Assembly (NCBI RefSeq): GCF_006345805.1
Contig: NC_042999.1
Span: 79,980,001-80,044,000 of the forward strand
DNA length: 64,000 bases
Reading direction: 5' to 3'
Source of the DNA: Octopus sinensis
Taxonomy: Eukaryota
The notes below the pieces were generated by a model, which was given only the letters and a program-made list of their open reading frames with translations, ran no database searches and was not told the origin of the DNA. Below are positions 13,452 through 26,684 of this stretch, piece by piece (the first letter of the stretch is position 1; each line of letters opens with the position of its first letter). Position numbers and translations under genes: made by a program.

Positions 13452-13676
13452 TTTAGATTGAATGAGGTAGTAATACGAGTCATAAAAGTCATTATTATGA
13501 GATGATTATAAGATGATAATAAAGTAAGAGGACAAAATGAACCAATGTTTTACGCAAAGCTATTCATCGTTTATTTGCGTAAACAATTGGTTCGTTTTGT
13601 TCTCTTTATTATCATCTTATAATCATCTCATAATAATGACTTTTATGACTCGTATTACTACCTCAGTCAATCTAAA
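13452..13676. repeat. ~225 bp near-perfect palindrome
   Basis: ~105 bp arms TTTAGATTGA..TTTACGCAAA / TTTGCGTAAA..TCAATCTAAA around a 15 nt loop. Confidence 0.9.
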
Positions 13677-14262
13677 ACCAAGACTGTATAGATATTAGAG
13701 CATTTATAGATAGGTCTTACAGCTGTTCCTATGATATTAATTAATAATATCCCTTCATCGGGGACGGTGTAGGAGGAAAATTAAGTCATTGTTCGTTTAG
13801 ATGTGGTACAAAATAGAGAGTGAGGTGGAGGAAAGAAAATAGATGTAAGATATGTATGGGGATTTATATATATACATATAGCTGCATATGTTTATACGCA
13901 TATTTATGTGTGTGTATCTATGTATGAATGTATGTATGTATAAGTGTATGTAGAGATATCCATATATACATCTGTATGTATGTATTTATGTACATAAGTA
14001 CAATGGGGCAGGGAGATTACTTGTAGAATTCTTAATGACATTTTAACAACCAATTGTTATCAGGGAGTAATCTCTAATTTGTTTGCTTCATATATTTATT
14101 ATCATCTTTTCATCGCGCAATTCTATATAATAACCGAAAATATTATTAAGCCACACATGCCGCCACTCAAAAACGGTACTTACCCATACACACGTCTACG
14201 TGTAGATATAAGTATATACACATATGAATATATAGGACATATATATATAGTATATATATTAT

Positions 14263-14300
<38 letters not shown>

Positions 14301-14614
14301 CATATATAATATATATAGTATATATATATAGTAATATATATATGTATATATATAATTTATACACAAAGTATATCATGTTGTTGCTATTTATAGAATTAGT
14401 GTTATGTTAGTTGTTTACAAAATTAATGATAAAATTTCTTTCTTCCGTCTCTTAACTATCGCTTTTATGAGATATTACGCTAAGTAGTGCATTACATAAC
14501 GCTTTATATAAATAAATAAATAATATATATATCTATATATATATATATATATATAATATATATATATATATAAATACCTACACCTGTGTGTGTGTATAAA
14601 TATATGTATTATGC

Positions 14615-14686
<72 letters not shown>

Positions 14687-14905
14687 ATATACAGACACAC
14701 ATTATTATTTTATTTCTCTCACATGCGTATATTTATGAAATAGATATCGGTGTGTGAATGTGCATTTGTGTGTATAATTATATATATGTGTGTGTGTATT
14801 ATATATATATATATATATACACACACACCACATATATATATACGCTTCTTTCTTACCACACAGCCACACCCGTGCCTAATATATATATATATATATATAT
14901 ATATA

Positions 14906-15252
14906 GGCACATGTATGGCTGTGTGGTAAGAAAGAAGCTTGCTTCCCAACCATATGGGTCCGGGTTCAGTCCTACTGCGTGGAACCTTCGGCAAGTGTTG
15001 TTTACTATTGCCTCTGCCCGCCAAGTCCTTGTGAGTGGATTTGTTAGACGGAAACTGAAAGAAGCCTATCGTATATATGTATATGTCTATGTGTGTGTGT
15101 CATTGTCTCTGCGTTTGTCCCTCATCACCGCTTGACAACCGGTGTTTGTGTTTACGTACACTTAAACTAGCAGTTTGGCCAAAGAGACCGATAGAATAAG
15201 TACTAAGCTTAAAAGATAAGTCCTGGCGTCGGTTCGTTCGACTAAAACCCTT
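14906..15252 (+). mobile_element. SINE family A, diverged and 3'-truncated
   Basis: Aligns with 5699-6128 from head to GGTCGATT..TCGACTAAA. Confidence 0.8.
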
Positions 15253-16320
15253 GCCTCCCTTCCTCACTTATCTTCCTTGTACCTTTTTACTCTCTCTCTC
15301 TCCCTCTCATTCTGTGGTACTTCTGATTTCTGTCCCTCTCTCTCCTACTCCTTAGTTCCTCTGCCCTCTTTAACCACTCCCCTCCCCTATCATGTGATTG
15401 CGGTCCGGTTCAGGCATTGTCGTCCTTTGAGGCTGGTCGCGTCTGTTCTGTTCCGTTCTGTCTGTCCGTTAATATTTTTCCATTTCCATTTTCCTTGCGC
15501 TTGCATACTGCACTCGTCAGATAGTCAAAAGACCTTGTTTGTTTTGTACTATTTTTGTTGTAACTGTATAATTATTTTCCTCTTTTTGTATAGCGGAAAG
15601 GCGTTTGTCTATTGTATATGCATATTTCTATTTCGTATGTTACGTTCGTCCGATAGTCGAAAGTCCCTTTCTGTTGTTTACTTATTTGTTTTCGTATATG
15701 TACATTCGTTTGCCTCGCAGAAAGGGTTGATGCTTTTAGCTTAAGTCCTGCCGTGTTCGAGTACTATATGAAATATATAAGTGGGCGAAACCACGTGGGT
15801 ATTCCGGACATTGCCTGGAAATTGGCTGCGAATGATCCGTATATCTTGTTTTGTTCTGTTTGTTGTTGTGCTATCCGCATGTTGTAGTTTGACGATTTCC
15901 GTTTGTTGAGTTTTTTCTGTTCTATCATTATGTGTGTGTGTGTGTGGTGTGTGTGTGTGTGTGTGTGTGTCTGCATGTATGTGTGTGTGTGAGTGTATGT
16001 ATGTATATATATATACATATATATATGTGTATATATGCATGTATGTATATATATATATATGTGTGTGTGTGTGTATGTGTGTGTAAATACATATATGTTT
16101 GTAAATATATATGTGTATGTACGTTCATGTATATATATATATATATGTGCGTATATATATATATATATATATATATCAATAATAATATTTCAATAATGAA
16201 TACGTGTTCATATTAGGCTGCATCTTTTTGAAAGTGTTAGTTGAATGTCAGTTATGTGATGACGCTTGATCGCGTACATATTTAATTCTAACTCTCTTAA
16301 ATTTATATAATTTATATTTT

Positions 16321-16395
16321 GAAATTCTGCACTGATGAAGTAAAATAGGTAAATATTACTTTATTTTAATCCCGAAACGCGTATATAGCGAATCT
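16321..16395 (+). ncRNA. Hammerhead-like motif (solo pseudo-LTR remnant), decayed stems
   Basis: CTGATGA 16332-16338, AT-rich hairpin, GAAA 16374-16377, palindrome ACGCGT, GUA 16381-16383; stem I poor. Confidence 0.45.
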
Positions 16396-16553
16396 AAGTC
16401 GTGCGGATTCGTTATTTTTCTTTTTGCCTACGTAAAAATGTGTATTATTGTCTGGGAGACCTTTATAGTAGTAGAAAAAGCATTTAACTCCTATTTCTAA
16501 ATTCGGTGCGTGGTGAAGCAATTAGCTGACCCCTGATTATAATCATGTCTATA

Positions 16554-16619
<66 letters not shown>

Positions 16620-16621
<2 letters not shown>

Positions 16622-16770
16622 CGTGGTCTGATCAATAAGTATCTAGACTGTTGCCATAGTAACAAGTCTAAAGCACTTAGAATATCTGCTTGGCTCAGAT
16701 TGACCTTGAACTCTGCTGTGTATGCGCACTAAGTTTTAACATTCTGGCTCACTTCCGCTGCTTACGGCAG
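16620..16770 (+). mobile_element. Mariner-like terminal fragment
   Basis: After (TA)n: TACGTGGTCTGATCAATAAGTATC resembles mariner-type TIR starts; no transposase follows. Confidence 0.45.
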
Positions 16771-17816
16771 ACTTTATTTTTGTATTTTCTCTGAAGAATT
16801 CCTTCACAATCGGTGTTGGCTTGTTTGTGTCCACATTTTCACTGGTTCGGCAAAATAGACTGGAAAAATATGTGTCAGACTGAAGTCGATTAGATTGACT
16901 AAACCCTTTAAGGTAGTGCCTTACCGTAGCCGCAGTTCAATGAATGAAACATGTAAGAAATATAAAAAGAAAAAAATGCACTTTTTCTTACTAGAAAACG
17001 GAATAAGTACAGCTGCAATTTTTGCGATAAGGGGTCTATGTACCTGTTTTAGGCTAAACAATTTAGGAAAATATAAAATTTCGAAAGAAAGTACTTTGCT
17101 CAAATCTAACTTATATTAAACCCAAATTCTTGTACAGTATAAAATAAATAATTTCAAATTACTGACACGTAACTTTAGATTGTCCTTGTCGCATTCATAG
17201 CTGATACCGCAATCTGATTCCTTTGACAAATATTTTAGTTGTATTTTTAAACATTTGGGAACTCAAATAAGACAATCAAGTTTTTCTCAAAGAAAGGGAA
17301 TGAAGATATGCTAAGATCTTTATAAGTTTACGCATCTGGCTGCGTCACATTGTTGCTATTCAAATTTCAAAGCAAAAAAATATATGATTGGCTAAGATGT
17401 CGTCTCGTATTTTTTTTTGTGTGTGTTGACGACATGTAGATAGTAAGAAAACACACAGTAGCATATATATATATATATACATAGATGTATAGTTCGTGTA
17501 TGTACGTATGTGTGTGCATGTATCTATGTGTGCGTGTCTGACATACGTATCATGTGTGTGTGTATATATATATTTATATATGTATATATAAATCTATCTA
17601 TATCTGTCTATATATATATATAAATATATATATATATAGATAGATATATATGTATGTATATATATATATATATTCATATATATAATATATGCACATATAT
17701 ATACATACATATTATCTATATATATACATAATATATATATGTACATATATTAAATATATAATATATTATATATATGCAAAATATACAATATGTATGCATA
17801 TATGCATATATTGCAT

Positions 17817-17858
<42 letters not shown>

Positions 17859-18689
17859 ATATATATATGTGTGCATTTATTTGTTCATGAGGTGAACTCT
17901 TCTTTCTATTTATTCACGTACAAACATATACACTCATACACGCACATATAACTTCACTTCATATATATATATATATACACACATAAGCTCATACACATTA
18001 TTTATACGTGTGCGTGGACGTGTGTGTATGCTGTATGTAAGAGCGGGAAGAAAAAAATATGCGTATCTAAACGTCTGAATTTAGATGCGCATGCGCAAAC
18101 ATAAGTATATCTGTCTATATATATACACATACATATATGCACCTGTGTATGGTGTGTGTGTGTGCGTGTGTATGTGTATGTGTATGTACGCAAAGTGAGC
18201 TGATGAATACACAGGCAAAATACAAATGGCAAATAGCTTGTGAGAAATTAAAAACCAATCAAAAGAAAGACAAGAGAAACATGAAAATTAGAAAATTGTT
18301 TAAAAGTAAGGAAGAATATACACCACTTCACACACACACACGCACACACTCATACACACACACACACGCACACACATATGCGTGTATGTAATTTATTTAA
18401 ATATATCTATGTGTGTATGCCCGTGCTCATGTGTGTGTGTGTTTGTGTGCCTGTGTGATTATTTGCAATGCTGTTGCTGTTTGGTTCGTCTGAGAGAAGC
18501 CAACGGAATGTTTTGTGTATATTGGGTGTACTATCAACTTTAAGACTTGGGTGGTTTGCCATCAAATAATCGCTTCATTCCGTTTTACATCCAGTGACGG
18601 TTTGTTTTGGGTCTCTTAAAAGTTTCACAGCATTCCTAACTGGATAGTTAGTTTGCTAGATAGAGTGGAAGCTATACACATGTCTTTGG

Positions 18690-19420
18690 ATGCGTGTATG
18701 TATGTATGTATGTATGTATGTATGTATGTATGTACGTATGTATGTATGTATGTATGTATGTATCATGTGTGTATGCATGCATGTATGTATTCATGTATGT
18801 ATGTATGCATGTATGTATGTGTGTATATATATATGTATGAATGTGTGTATGTGTGTATGTATGTATGTATGCATGCATGTATACATATATGTATGAATGT
18901 ATGTACGTATGTATGTATCATGTGTGTGCAAGTATGTATATGTGTGCATGTATGTACGCATGTACGTATGTATGCAGGTATGTATACGTATGCTTGTATG
19001 TGTATGCATCTATGTATGCTTGTATGTATGTATGCACGCATGTACATATGTATATATGTATGCATGTCTGTATGTATGTATATATGTATGTATGTATGTA
19101 TGTATGTAAGTATACGTATGCATGCTTGTTTGTGTGTGCATCTATATATGTATGTTTGGATGTTTTTCTGTATGCATGTATATATGCGTATGTATACTTA
19201 TGAATGCAGAATGCGTCTATGTGTGTATATACGAATACATGCATGTGTGTATATGTGTATATATGAATGCATGCATGTATGTATGTTTGTATGCATGAAT
19301 GCGTGTGGCTTTGTCTGTATGTATACGAGTGTGTTTGCATGTCTTTCGGTGTAGATGATTATATGTGTGTATATATGTGTGTCTCTGTGCATATGTGCTT
19401 GTGTATGTGTGTATGTATTT
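18690..19420. repeat. Degenerate (TATG)n/(TGTA)n array
   Basis: Visible low-complexity array; source of many spurious MYVC/HTYI ORFs. Confidence 0.9.
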
Positions 19421-19710
19421 ATGGTTGGATAGATATGTAAATGTCATAATTGTACTTGCACTAAAACTTCATTACCTCAAGTTTTTAAATTATTATTGCC
19501 CCAGCATGGCCACAGCTCATAAGCTGAAACTGGAAAAATCAAAATCAAATCAATACGCGTTTTTACTCGCTCATTATATCTATACATCTACATGCATACA
19601 TACGCACATACATACATACACGGATATATATATACTGCCATACATACATACATACATACATACATACATACATACATACATACATACATACATTACATAC
19701 ATACATACAG

Positions 19711-19786
19711 TCATTGGATTTGAACTCAGACGAAATGCCACTAAACAATTTGTCCGGCCTGCTAACGATTCTGCTAATCCACCGCT

Positions 19787-19788
<2 letters not shown>
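19711..19788 (-). mobile_element. SINE family D 5' fragment
   Basis: Reverse complement AAAGCGGTGGATTAGCAGAATCGTTAGC...CTGAGTTCAAA resembles the head at 42347. Confidence 0.55.
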
Positions 19789-19858
<70 letters not shown>

Positions 19859-19974
19859 TGATGATGATAATAATAATGATGTGATGATGATGATGATGAT
19901 GATAATGATGATGAAAATAATAGTAACAATAACAATAGCAACAACAACAATAACAACAACAATAATAATAATAT

Positions 19975-20055
19975 AAGGACTTCAGATTGAGTTATCTGGG
20001 ACGTAGCAAGTAAAACTAAAACCATCCCTGTTGTTTTAGGTGCCCTGTGATGGTC
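19975..20055 (+). mobile_element. Short R4/Dong RLE C-terminal fragment
   Basis: LQIELS..QVK(T)KTIPVVLGAL with one frameshift; follows (AAT)n/(GAT)n/(AAC)n. Confidence 0.5.
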
Positions 20056-20173
20056 AACAAATGTAGTGAAACTAACAAACTTTGAGACTCAAAAAATTGT
20101 TGTTGACACCAACCGCCTACATTCACAGAAAGTTTCTTTCCATCAAGTATATACGTGTGCCTCAGGTCTCATC

Positions 20174-21910
20174 ATGAGTGTCGAAATGTCAAATGAAAAT
20201 AGAAATGAGAACAGCGTGAATGAGACTGGAACACTTCGTGAAGGTCGCTCGCCCGGCGGGTGCCCCACGACTAAGCAGCGTGGGCGCAGTCGTCATCAAG
20301 CAGGTGGACGAAAGAAATGAATGTGGCTGTAATAGAATGCTACTTTCTGGGTGATTCGAGAAATGATAATGAAGTACGCGCTAGAGGATATAGGAAAAGA
20401 ATGCACAGGGCATGAAGTGACAAAGACCTATTTGAATTAAGTGAACTAAATCTGTGTGACCAAGCTAGAGTCAGAAGAAAGAATGAATGGTTCTCTCCAG
20501 TTGAATTAGAGAGCATTAAGAGACGGGTGCTTAGGGATAGTAAAACTAGCGGTGAAGGGAACGATGAGGAAGAGAATGCAGATAGTGAAACTACGGCAGT
20601 AGAGTTAAAGGCAGAAAGCGAGCATGAGGCTGAGATTATTGATCAGGAAAGCGATGAGAGAACCAAGGAACAGATATCCATTTCAAGTAAAATCTTTGAT
20701 ATTTGGACTGCTAGTGAACTGAGCTTTTATACGGGGTTTAAAAAAGTAGACAGAAAGAAACTCAATGAATGGGTCAGGAGGATAGATGATATCACTGGTG
20801 ATATCAGGACTGACAACGTCACAGACACAAACAATCTGATAAATGCAATCTCGGTCTTTTTAGCCCGGAAGTTAGGTTTGAAAGACAAAGGTAAATGTCA
20901 ATATAATCTGAAGGAACCATGGTGGAAAAGACGAATAACGCAGTTTATTAACGAGACCAGGAAACACATTAATATTCTGGAACGGAAAAATAGAAATGAA
21001 GTTCAGCGAGAGAAACATGTTGAGCAAGTGAGGAAATATAGGGTGAGGAGAAAGGGAATCAATGTTGTTATTGAGGAATTAAAACAGAAGTTGAAAGCTA
21101 AAGCACATAAACTAAAGAGATATGAACAGAAAATTGAGCAGTACAGATTAAACAGACATCTCGAACAAAAACCGGAAACGTGTCTACCAGGAACTGGATG
21201 GGAAAGGAAAAGGTGAAAACGTCGTGCCGGATGCTGAAGAAAACAAAAGATTCTGGTCAAACATATGGTCTCAGGAGAAACAAAACGAAACTGAAGCAGA
21301 GTCGTTAAAGACACTCACAGTGGAGAGTGGTGAGTATCAGCAGGAGGCTTTGAGAATAACCGAAGAGACGATTAGAGATCAGTGCAGGAAAATTCCTAAC
21401 TGGAAAGCGCCTGGCCCAGATGGGGTTCAGGGTTTTTGGCTTAAAAAATTGACAGCACTGCACAAGAGAATTGCGAGACAGCTGGACGAAATACCGGCCT
21501 GGATGACAAAAGGAAGAACTATACTATACTAAAAGGAACAAGTAAATGGAATGCGGTTGGAAACATCTGACCAATACCTTGTTTGCCACTGATGTGAAAA
21601 CTGATGACGGGTATATTATCAAACAGCATCTATAAGTACTAAGATGAGAATGACCTACTACCAGTGGAACAAAAAATGTGTAGACGTAAGAGTAGAGGAA
21701 TGGAGTATCAATTACTAATCCATAAGAAGTATCTATTACTAATCCATGGAATTTCGGATCGAGCAATGTGGTGTAATGATTCTCAAAAGGGGGAAAATCA
21801 GTAAAAGCCATGGAATCAAGCTGGAAAGTGGCGAAACTATAAAGAGAGTCAGAGAGGAAAAAAAAAAGTACCTGGGTATCATTGAGAGAGATAAGATGAA
21901 TGAACACAGG
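20174..21910 (+). mobile_element. R4/Dong-clade LINE: 5' ORF region with large internal RT deletion, 3' truncated
   Basis: WTKEMNVAVIECYFL...GYRKRMH...DQARV; EPWWKRRI; NWKAPGPDGVQGFWLKKL...WMTKGRT; PCLPLM*KLMTGI..EQK; then a jump to MEFRIEQCGVMILKRGK...KYLGI. Confidence 0.9.
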
Positions 21911-22563
21911 AGCATGGTAGTCGACTTAATAAATTTCTCCGTCATTTCAAAATTGCTGGCGTTGTGCCAAAAATTAGAGAGAAAGAAATGATATAATATA
22001 TAGAATTATAACATGCATACGCATGTGCCTATGCGTTAAGTATGCACGTGTGAAGAAAAGTGGGGAGAGAATGGGAGAAGGAGAATGAGAGACAAAAGGA
22101 AAGTGTCTCTGTTAGTTAACAAAAAAGATTCGGAAAGGTAGGTTTACTAAAAAGAAATATGGCCGTGTACATATATAAATAACTAAGGGAGATCAACCAG
22201 ATTTAACTAAATTTTATTTGAGGAAAGGTTTTCTCTTAAGTTCCCTTTTATATTCTTTTATTACTTTTCTCTGTTTACCCTTTTTTAATCTACTCCTTAT
22301 TTATTTATATGAGTATTTGTCAGGGATTATATGAAGCTTAAATATATATATATATATACTCATATATACATAGACACATATAAACATACACCCACGTATA
22401 TATATATGTATATATATGTGTGTATATATAGACGTATATATATATATATATAATAGAATTATATACAAATATATATATATATATATATATAATACATTCA
22501 TACATACACAAAGATATATATATATACTACATATATATACATACAGAAGATATATATATATAT

Positions 22564-22839
22564 ATATTATTAGTGAATTGTAGAATGGAGTGAAGAAGAT
22601 TGAACAGAAATCGTTTTATTGCATTCTACACGTGTTCGAAAGGCACAATTTACCAAATCCGATTGAATAATGGGACCATATTGTGTCTTTCTCTTCAGGA
22701 AGAAAGAGAAAGACACAATATGTCTCATTATTCAATCGGAATTTGGTTAAATTGTGCCTTTCGAAACACGTGTAGAATGCAATAAAACGATTTCTGTTCA
22801 ATCTTCGTCAACTCCATTTCTTCAATTCACTAATAATAT
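22564..22839. repeat. 276 bp near-perfect palindrome carrying a hammerhead motif on the minus strand
   Basis: ~130 bp arms; minus strand CTGAAGA(22698-22692), stem II GAAAGACACAAT/ATTGTGCCTTTC, GAA-CACGTGTA. Confidence 0.88.
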
Positions 22840-22983
22840 TAAAATTCAATTATCCGCACCAACGCACGGTTGCAACACCATATGGTTGTACCTCCAACCG
22901 TGCTGTCTCTGCTGTGATTTTTGCTACAAGTATCGGTTAAACTTTTGATTAATCTGCAACAAGATATTCATCTTTCTATTTCA

Positions 22984-23061
<78 letters not shown>

Positions 23062-23852
23062 TATATTCTATTCTGATATTTATCTTTTTGTGCGTGTGTC
23101 TTCCGTTTTCTCTCCACTTTTCTCTTTCTTTCTTTCCTTCTCTCTTTCCCTCCCCTCTCCCTCTTTTCTGTTTTCTTTCATTTTTTTTTTCTTTTTCTCT
23201 GTAATTGTTAGAATTATCGGAATTCACCTTTTTAGTGTGAACCAAGACCTAACCATAACATATACCTTAGCGACGTCATGTTGGAATCAGAATAAAAGTG
23301 ACATACATTCCAATGTTTGCTAAACGTTGTCTCAAGCATCGTATGTACGTACGTACGTACGTATGTATGTATATGCGTATTTGGCGTAAACATGTATGTT
23401 TGTATGCGTGTGCTTACGTATGCGTACGTGATGTGGTTGCGTGTGTTTGCTTATATGCATAGGCCTATATATATATATACGAATGAACATTTCAGACGTA
23501 TGCTTGACTATATGCGTGTGTATAAGTTTGAGATACGATACATGTATGTCTATGCATACGGATGTATATGTAATGCGTATATTGGCCGATCTGCTTGTGT
23601 ATGAAAATCAAATATAACTTCAATATGTATGTTTGTCTATATGTATGGGAATGTTATTATTGCTTTTTAGCCTTATGTCAACACAGATGGGGGAGATGGG
23701 ATCAAAGGCATTCCATCCGTGGCCATTTCATCGTTTTGTTCTATGTTCGGTTCTCATTTAGTGAGTGCAATTTGTGGGAGATTTAGTTACTATTTCTAGC
23801 CGATTTCACGGGAGTATATAGTCTCCCTCGTTAGTTCGTGTACAGATATACA

Positions 23853-24000
23853 TAGCGGTTCGGCAAAAGAGACCGATAGAGTAAGTACTGGGCTTACAAA
23901 AGAATAAGTCCCAGGGTCGAGTTGCTCGATTAAAGGCGGTGCTCCAGCATGGCCGCAGTCAAATGACTGAATCAAGTAAAGGAGTAAAGGAGTAAGGAGT
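23853..24000 (+). mobile_element. SINE family A 3' half
   Basis: TAGCGGTTCGGCAAAAGAGACCGATAG...CAAGTAAAGGAG. Confidence 0.85.
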
Positions 24001-24419
24001 ATATGTATTTGTGCATGTGTTTCTATGTGCTGTATGTATGTGTGTGTGTGTGTGCGTGCGTGCAAAAGTCACCGCCAATGTGCGTAATGTCTATATGTAT
24101 GAGTACGTGTTCGCGAATGTGAAGGGTATACACGTTTGTCTACACTTGTACTTTCACATATGCATACGTTCATCAGTGCGCGCGTGTGTGTTTACAAATA
24201 TGCGCGCTTTGTTTCTATGTATTGTATTAATTTGTTTTGTCTTTCATTATTTATGTTCTGCTTTGTGAGGGTTGATTTATTTTCTGTTTTGTTCTTTGTA
24301 TGGTCTTATTTCATTTATTTGCCATAGATGTCTCTTCCTTCTTTCTTTCTTTCTTTCTTCCTTTCTCTTTTACAGTCGGACATTTTGGCGGGGGCGTTGG
24401 TATTGGAAGATTAGGATTC

Positions 24420-24830
24420 TTTAGTTTCCTATTGTTTCTGCAGTTGTTGTTGTTTTGTTGTTGTTTCTTCTTTCTTCTTTTTCTTCTTCTCTTCTTCTTT
24501 CCTTCTTTCTTCTTCTTCTTCTTCCTTCTTACTTTCTTCTTCTTTCTTCTTCTTTCTTCTTCCACTTCTTTCTTCACTTCTCTCTTCACTTCTTCTTCTT
24601 CTTTCTTTTCTTCTTCTCTTCTTCATTCTTCTTCTTCTTCTCCATTCTTCTTTCTTCTTCCACTTTTCTTCTTCTTCTTCTTCTTCTTCTGCTTCTTCTT
24701 TCTTCTTCTTCTTCTTCTCTTCTTCTTCTTCTTCTTCTATTTCTTCTTCTTCTTCTTCTTCTTCCACTTCTTCTTCTTCCACTTATTCTTCTTCTTCTTC
24801 TTCTTCTTCTTCTTCTCCCTTTTCATTCTT
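24420..24830. repeat. (CTT)n homopyrimidine tract
   Basis: ~400 bp of degenerate CTT repeats. Confidence 0.95.
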
Positions 24831-24979
24831 CTTTAATTTTGCTGTTGAATGACTCATTGCAGACATTTTAGATACACATCACACACACATACGCATGCAT
24901 AAATATACACACACGCGTACACACATACACATGTATGTATGTATGTATGTATATATATATATATATTATATATATATAT

Positions 24980-25309
24980 GGTGACCCCCTTCGGTCAGAC
25001 ACTGACCATGAGTTTGCACCTAGAGAGTTACCCTCTGAGGCACAAGTCTGGGCAAGGTTGTTTTATGGAAGACCAGCAGTCGCCCATACATACCGACCTC
25101 CCCTCTCCACGTCACCGATGTTCTCCAAGGGAAAGGCAAGGGCCAATACAGCTTGGCACCTGTGACGTCGCAACTCATTTCTACAGCTGAGTGAACTGGA
25201 ACAACGTGAAATAAAGTGTCTTGCTCAAGAACACAACACGCAGCCCGGTCCGGGATTCGAGCTCACAACCTCACGATCGTAAGCTCGACGCTCTAACCAC
25301 TGAGCCACC

Positions 25310-25311
<2 letters not shown>
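24980..25311 (-). mobile_element. tRNA-derived SINE, family B (CORE-like centre), full length
   Basis: Minus head GGTGGCTCAGTGGTTAGAGCG...GAGCTCGAATCCC (A/B boxes); TTGAGCAAGACACTTTATTTCACGTTG..TCAGCTGTAGAAATGAG; copies at 43153 and 57643. Confidence 0.88.
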
Positions 25312-25378
<67 letters not shown>

Positions 25379-26437
25379 ATATATACATACATATATACAT
25401 ATATAATATAATATATACACATATAAATATGTATGTATATATCCATTTATGTATATGTAAATGTGTGTGTTTTGCGCGAACGCGTGGTTGATTGTACCTG
25501 CAATTATTAAATTCGAAAGAGACCACCCACAGATAGACACACAAGCGTGCATACACTCAAAACTATATACATATATGCATATACAGGTTTATATACACAT
25601 ACACATATATATGTATATGTACATATGTGTATATATGTATATTTTTATATGAGTATATATATATATATATATGTGTGTATGTATATATATTCTCATACAT
25701 ACATACACACACCCATATGTATATTTATCCATATATGAGTATATATGTGTGTGCATACATTTATATATTTGTGTATATATATGTGTATATATATATATAC
25801 ACAAAATTTTTGTCTCTCTCTCTCTCTCTCACGCACACGCACACATCACGGGTACATACATTATTTCGGTTAAACATAGTGAGTGATGTTGTTTTGTCAA
25901 CAAGAAAGGCGAAGACGCAGAAGAAGAGGAATGGTGGAGAAACAATCATAGACTAGACGAAATAATAAATTAGAACCATGAGAATATCTTAAATGTTTCT
26001 TGAATATCTGTTACTCACGACACATCAGGGCGAAATTCTGCCATGTGATAATTATGGGAACAACAACGGTGACAGATGTAGAACGAGATGAGAAAAGTTT
26101 CCAAGCACTTAAATCGGCAGTCCGGTTTCAAGATTATTTTCTGCCATATAATTTTAATTACAATTACTTGTGTTGTTACAGTTATTGTTATTGTTGTCAT
26201 CGTCCTTGTTGTTGTTGTTGTTGTTGTTTTTATTGTTGTTTAGCATCAAGACGGGTCTGACTGATGGGGCTTAAAAACAAGAGCATTTCAAAATTGACGA
26301 TGCCTCATCTAATCATTTTTCAGGTTCATTATACTTCTGACTTAATTATTCGTTGTATTTAATTTCCAGACGGTATGGCACTACTGTTGTCCATATATAT
26401 ATATATATATAATCTATATATTATATATATATATATA

Positions 26438-26550
26438 TACCGGAGTAAGCACATAAATGTGATACAAGGCGGAAGAAAGAGTACTCAAATACCAGAGGTA
26501 GAGTGATATGCTTTATTTAAAAGTAGCAGAAAGCTCTCACTCAGAGTTTC
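26438..26550 (+). repeat. Interspersed repeat fragment (second copy inverted at 55725-55820)
   Basis: ACCGGAGTAA.CACATAAATGTGA.ACAAGG.GGAA.AAAGAGTACTCAAATACCAG present in both. Confidence 0.65.
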
Positions 26551-26684
26551 ATGTTATATATATATTTATACGTTCTGTTACAAAGGCTAAACCATGTGTT
26601 TCAGCTATATATAAACTAATTCACTTGAAAACTTGCGCACTCGTTTTTTTTTACGTTTCCAGCAACGTTAGAGCAAAAAAAATT

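Noticed and set aside
15745-15810. GAAACCACGTGGGTA, a hammerhead-like 3' half
   Set aside because: No CTGANGA core at a suitable position; too decayed to call
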